Below, one piece after another: positions 60,962 to 64,000 of a stretch of 64,000 bases of DNA. The stretch comes from an uncultured Acidimicrobiia bacterium (GTDB lineage Bacteria > Acidobacteriota > Terriglobia > Versatilivoradales > Versatilivoraceae): contig CAWBAT010000005.1 in assembly GCA_963786955.1 (NCBI GenBank), positions 1,472,001 to 1,536,000 of the forward strand. Direction: 5' to 3'. How positions within the stretch are numbered: position 1 is the first letter of the stretch; each line of letters opens with the position of its first letter. The notes under the pieces were generated by a model. It was not told where the DNA came from. It searched no databases and saw only the letters and a program-made list of their open reading frames with translations. Position numbers and translations under genes: made by a program.

Positions 60962-61519
60962 TTACTTGGCTTTGGCCTGTTTATCCGCGTTTTTCTTGAA
61001 TTGTTTTGCCAATTTCATACAGGCTTCACGAACAGCCTGATTTGCTTTGTCTTGATTCGGGCTGAGCGTTTTGGTTGCGATACCTCGCCAGACCACTTGG
61101 TTGGATTTGCGATCGACAATGTCCACAACCAGAGTGCCGACCTCATAACCCGTAGGCGCGGCGTTGCCTGAGCTGCCGGGGCCACCGCCACTCGGGGTTT
61201 GCCATCGTGTTCGCAGTACAGATTTCGCGTAGAAGGCGAATAGAAAATCGGCCTCGGCACGGACCTTCTCCATTCCAATGGCTGAGAACTCTAATTCTAA
61301 ATTTTCGCGGATCAAATTTTCTGCTCGAAGGTTGGCGGCCAATCCGTCGGGGGGCTTTCGGTCCTGTTTGGCAAAATTAAAAGATTTCAATTGGGAGAGG
61401 GGGAACTTGGGATCAAATCCCGTCTGGACATCGAGAGCCAGGGACCTCGATACCGGTAGGAAACACATCCACAAGACCGCCAGGATTATGTTGCCATTAC
61501 GGTTGAAAGTTGACGGCAT
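60962..61519 (-). CDS. DUF4136-like exported protein
   Basis: Signal peptide; YEVGTLVVDIVD....VVWRG. Confidence 0.8.
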   Translation of the reverse strand: MPSTFNRNGNIILAVLWMCFLPVSRSLALDVQTGFDPKFPLSQLKSFNFAKQDRKPPDGLAANLRAENLIRENLELEFSAIGMEKVRAEADFLFAFYAKSVLRTRWQTPSGGGPGSSGNAAPTGYEVGTLVVDIVDRKSNQVVWRGIATKTLSPNQDKANQAVREACMKLAKQFKKNADKQAKAK

Positions 61520-61700
61520 CTTTGCACTTTTTAGATGAAACGAAAATAGGGGCTTGATCCAAGAGGCATGATTTACGGGGAAATAGCGTTGCAGAAATTC
61601 TATTCCTGAGCTTACCCGGTGACAGAGCCTTAGCGGTGAATAGAAAATCGAAGCTCGCTAGTCCATCTCGGCTGTCCATTGCCTGGGCACTCTACAGCCC

Positions 61701-64000
61701 TCAACTTTCTACAGCCAGCCTGACGGCTTCAATGATTGCCTTTTTCCCGATATCATAGTGATCATACAGTTCGTCACGCGAGCCCGTTTGACCAAATTCA
61801 TTGACCCCAAGTGGGATCGTCTTTGTACCAAAAACGCTGCCAATGAACGAGAGTGCATGGGAATGACCGTCCATGACGGTAACCACTGGAACCTGCCGCT
61901 CGGCAGGAGGGACCAGCCGTTCTAAATGGAAAGAAAAACGGCTTGCCGGGTTCTTCATCTTCAACTTGCTGGCCTGTTGCCAACCTCGATAGAGAAGATC
62001 CGGGCTTGTGACAACGACCACATTGGCAAAGATCCCTTCATTCCTGAGCAACTGACTGGCTTCAATGGCATCCGGCACCACAACGCCACTGGCAAAGACA
62101 TTCACGACATTCGACGTAGGTTCGTAAGAGGGATCGCTTTGATAATCGACGATGCGATAACCGCCTTTGAGGACATTTTCACGCAGTGTTTTGGCTTGGG
62201 ATTCTTCCTGCGTGGAGGGGAACAATTCCTGCAAGATGGCACGCGTGGATAACCTCAAATACACGATCTGGCCGTTCTTTCGATCCGTAAGATTTTTCAG
62301 TCCCGCCAGGAAGATCCATTCCAACTCCTGGGCGAAGGTCGGTTCGTAGTAAACGAGGTTAGGCAATTCCATCCCGATTGAAGGCGTAATCACAGATTGA
62401 TGGGCGCCTCCTTCGGGGCTTAAAGTTATTCCCGATGGAGTGCCGGCAAAGATAAATTTCGATTCGCAATAAGCGGCATAGATCAAGGAGTCGAGGCCGC
62501 GGGAAATAAAAGGGTCATAGATCGTTCCCACCGGAAGGAGCGTTTCCCCGGTAAACTCCTTGGACAGTCCGAGCATGTTCAAGAGCAAGAATAGATCATT
62601 TTCAGATATGCCGAGTTCCAGATGATGACCTCGGGGGCTCTGCTCCCAATTGAGCATCAGAGAAATGGAGTTCTCACGAAAGAAATTCGTGCTTTCCTGC
62701 TGACAATAAACTCCCATTTTATTGATCCACCCGCCCAGGTTCGTCGAAATGGCGACATCGGGTGAGGTGGTCACAATTCTAGCAGCAACTTCAGGTTTGC
62801 GGCTCAACCCGGTCAACAATGTTCCCAACGCCTGCTGGGTCGAAATCTGGCCTTTGTATTGAGAACCGAGGGACTGCGGAATCGAGATCGGCTCCTTTGA
62901 GTCGGCAGCCGGGGGCAGTTTACTTTGGCCGGCCAATAGACCCAGGCGTGATTTGATATAAAGACCTTCAGGGCTATCTTCAGGGAAGCCTGCAAATTCT
63001 TCACCTAAAGGAATCCTAAACTGCCGTTGGAGTTCTGTGACCTGCTCCTGAGTGAGCTGCTTGGAGTGGTTCAAGGGATCCCCAGCAATCGGCAGACCCC
63101 ATCCCTTGATGGTGTATGCCAGAATCACAACGGGACAATGCAAGATTCGGTCCGCTTCCTCTAGCGTGGTCAGAATTTTCGGCAGATCATGACCTCCCAG
63201 ATCGGCAATAAGGCTCCGGATTTCTCCTGCGGGGCAATCCTTGAGAAGCCGAACCAGTTCAGTGTCGGCGATCCCGTATGGATGAGCCAACTTTTCCAGA
63301 ATCTTCTCCCCATCAGTTAGCCGCAAGAGACTTTGGTACTCATCGTTTGTCATCAGATCGATGCGTTCTCGCAGCTTCTCTCCGCCGGGACGAGCGAAGA
63401 CTTCTTCCAGGCGGCTTCCGTATTTCAATTCCAGGACATGCCAGCCATTCACCCGAAACATTTCTTTGATTTTTTGCGCTTTCCCACTGGGGACGATGCG
63501 GTCTAGACTTTGCCGATTCAAGTCAACGATCCAGAGCACGCGGCCCACTTGCTGCAGCGTCTCCTCTCCGAGCGCTTCCCAGACATTGCCTTCATCCAAT
63601 TCGGCATCTCCCACTAACGCGATGAATCGACCCTGAACATCATGCTGGAAGTGATCTTTCACATATGCCTGGGTGAGAGCCGCAAAGTTTGGGGTAACGG
63701 CTCCAAGCCCCACGGAACCGGTCGAGAAGTCCACTTCGTCCACATCTTTGGTGCGGCTCGGGTAAGACTGCAGCCCCTTGAAGCTGCGAAACTGTTTCAG
63801 CTTCTCCGCGGGCAGCTTGCCGAGCAAGAATTGAATGGCATGAAATATGGGCGATGCATGAGGTTTTACAGAGACGCGGTCACCCGCAGCCAAAACGCGA
63901 AAGTACAGGGCGGTCATAAGGCTCACTAAAGAAGCGGAGCTGGCTTGGTGTCCTCCAACTTTCACGCCGTCCGGATTTTCACGAATTGAGTTGGCGTAAT
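61701..64000 (-). CDS. aceE: Pyruvate dehydrogenase E1, homodimeric AceE-like (5' end beyond window)
   Basis: KVGGHQASSAS, STGSVGLG, TPP motif GDAELDEG..N, EGGAHQS, FGQTG; frame is open to the window end. Confidence 0.85.
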   Translation of the reverse strand, partial: YANSIRENPDGVKVGGHQASSASLVSLMTALYFRVLAAGDRVSVKPHASPIFHAIQFLLGKLPAEKLKQFRSFKGLQSYPSRTKDVDEVDFSTGSVGLGAVTPNFAALTQAYVKDHFQHDVQGRFIALVGDAELDEGNVWEALGEETLQQVGRVLWIVDLNRQSLDRIVPSGKAQKIKEMFRVNGWHVLELKYGSRLEEVFARPGGEKLRERIDLMTNDEYQSLLRLTDGEKILEKLAHPYGIADTELVRLLKDCPAGEIRSLIADLGGHDLPKILTTLEEADRILHCPVVILAYTIKGWGLPIAGDPLNHSKQLTQEQVTELQRQFRIPLGEEFAGFPEDSPEGLYIKSRLGLLAGQSKLPPAADSKEPISIPQSLGSQYKGQISTQQALGTLLTGLSRKPEVAARIVTTSPDVAISTNLGGWINKMGVYCQQESTNFFRENSISLMLNWEQSPRGHHLELGISENDLFLLLNMLGLSKEFTGETLLPVGTIYDPFISRGLDSLIYAAYCESKFIFAGTPSGITLSPEGGAHQSVITPSIGMELPNLVYYEPTFAQELEWIFLAGLKNLTDRKNGQIVYLRLSTRAILQELFPSTQEESQAKTLRENVLKGGYRIVDYQSDPSYEPTSNVVNVFASGVVVPDAIEASQLLRNEGIFANVVVVTSPDLLYRGWQQASKLKMKNPASRFSFHLERLVPPAERQVPVVTVMDGHSHALSFIGSVFGTKTIPLGVNEFGQTGSRDELYDHYDIGKKAIIEAVRLAVES

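Noticed and set aside
1-64000. lpdA and aceE-like genes at opposite window ends; search for CRISPR, tRNA and rRNA
   Set aside because: The two genes are about 60 kb apart, so linkage is not supported; no spaced repeat array, cloverleaf or rRNA signature was found by eye

Overview
A 64-kb, roughly 50% GC, gene-dense bacterial chromosomal segment, most likely Acidobacteriota. That assignment is inferred from gene content: DUF1553/DUF1501 pairs, a kinase-TPR protein, standalone PilZ proteins and dnaK-dnaJ-hspR. It holds about 50 CDS, with partial genes at both edges (lpdA and an aceE-like E1). I found no rRNA, tRNA, CRISPR array, transposase, integrase or phage genes. Main blocks: mfd-surA(frameshifted)-rqcP-TPR/Zn-ribbon; lexA-dinB-cca-mutM; PBP1A-GT4; a HAIR-controlled dnaK-dnaJ-hspR operon extended by a DnaC/IstB-like ATPase and a PilZ protein; two convergent cytochrome-c/DUF1553 + DUF1501 modules; a Tat-signal enolase-superfamily enzyme with a RhaT permease; vapBC; and yitJ. 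Best leads: the heat-shock operon carrying a helicase-loader-like ATPase and PilZ, the twin DUF1553/DUF1501 modules, a ~100-nt switch-like structured element (53198-53299), a nested short-period repeat element (57811-58020) and a decayed duplicate of the surA 5' end. All calls come from reading motifs by eye; no searches were run.
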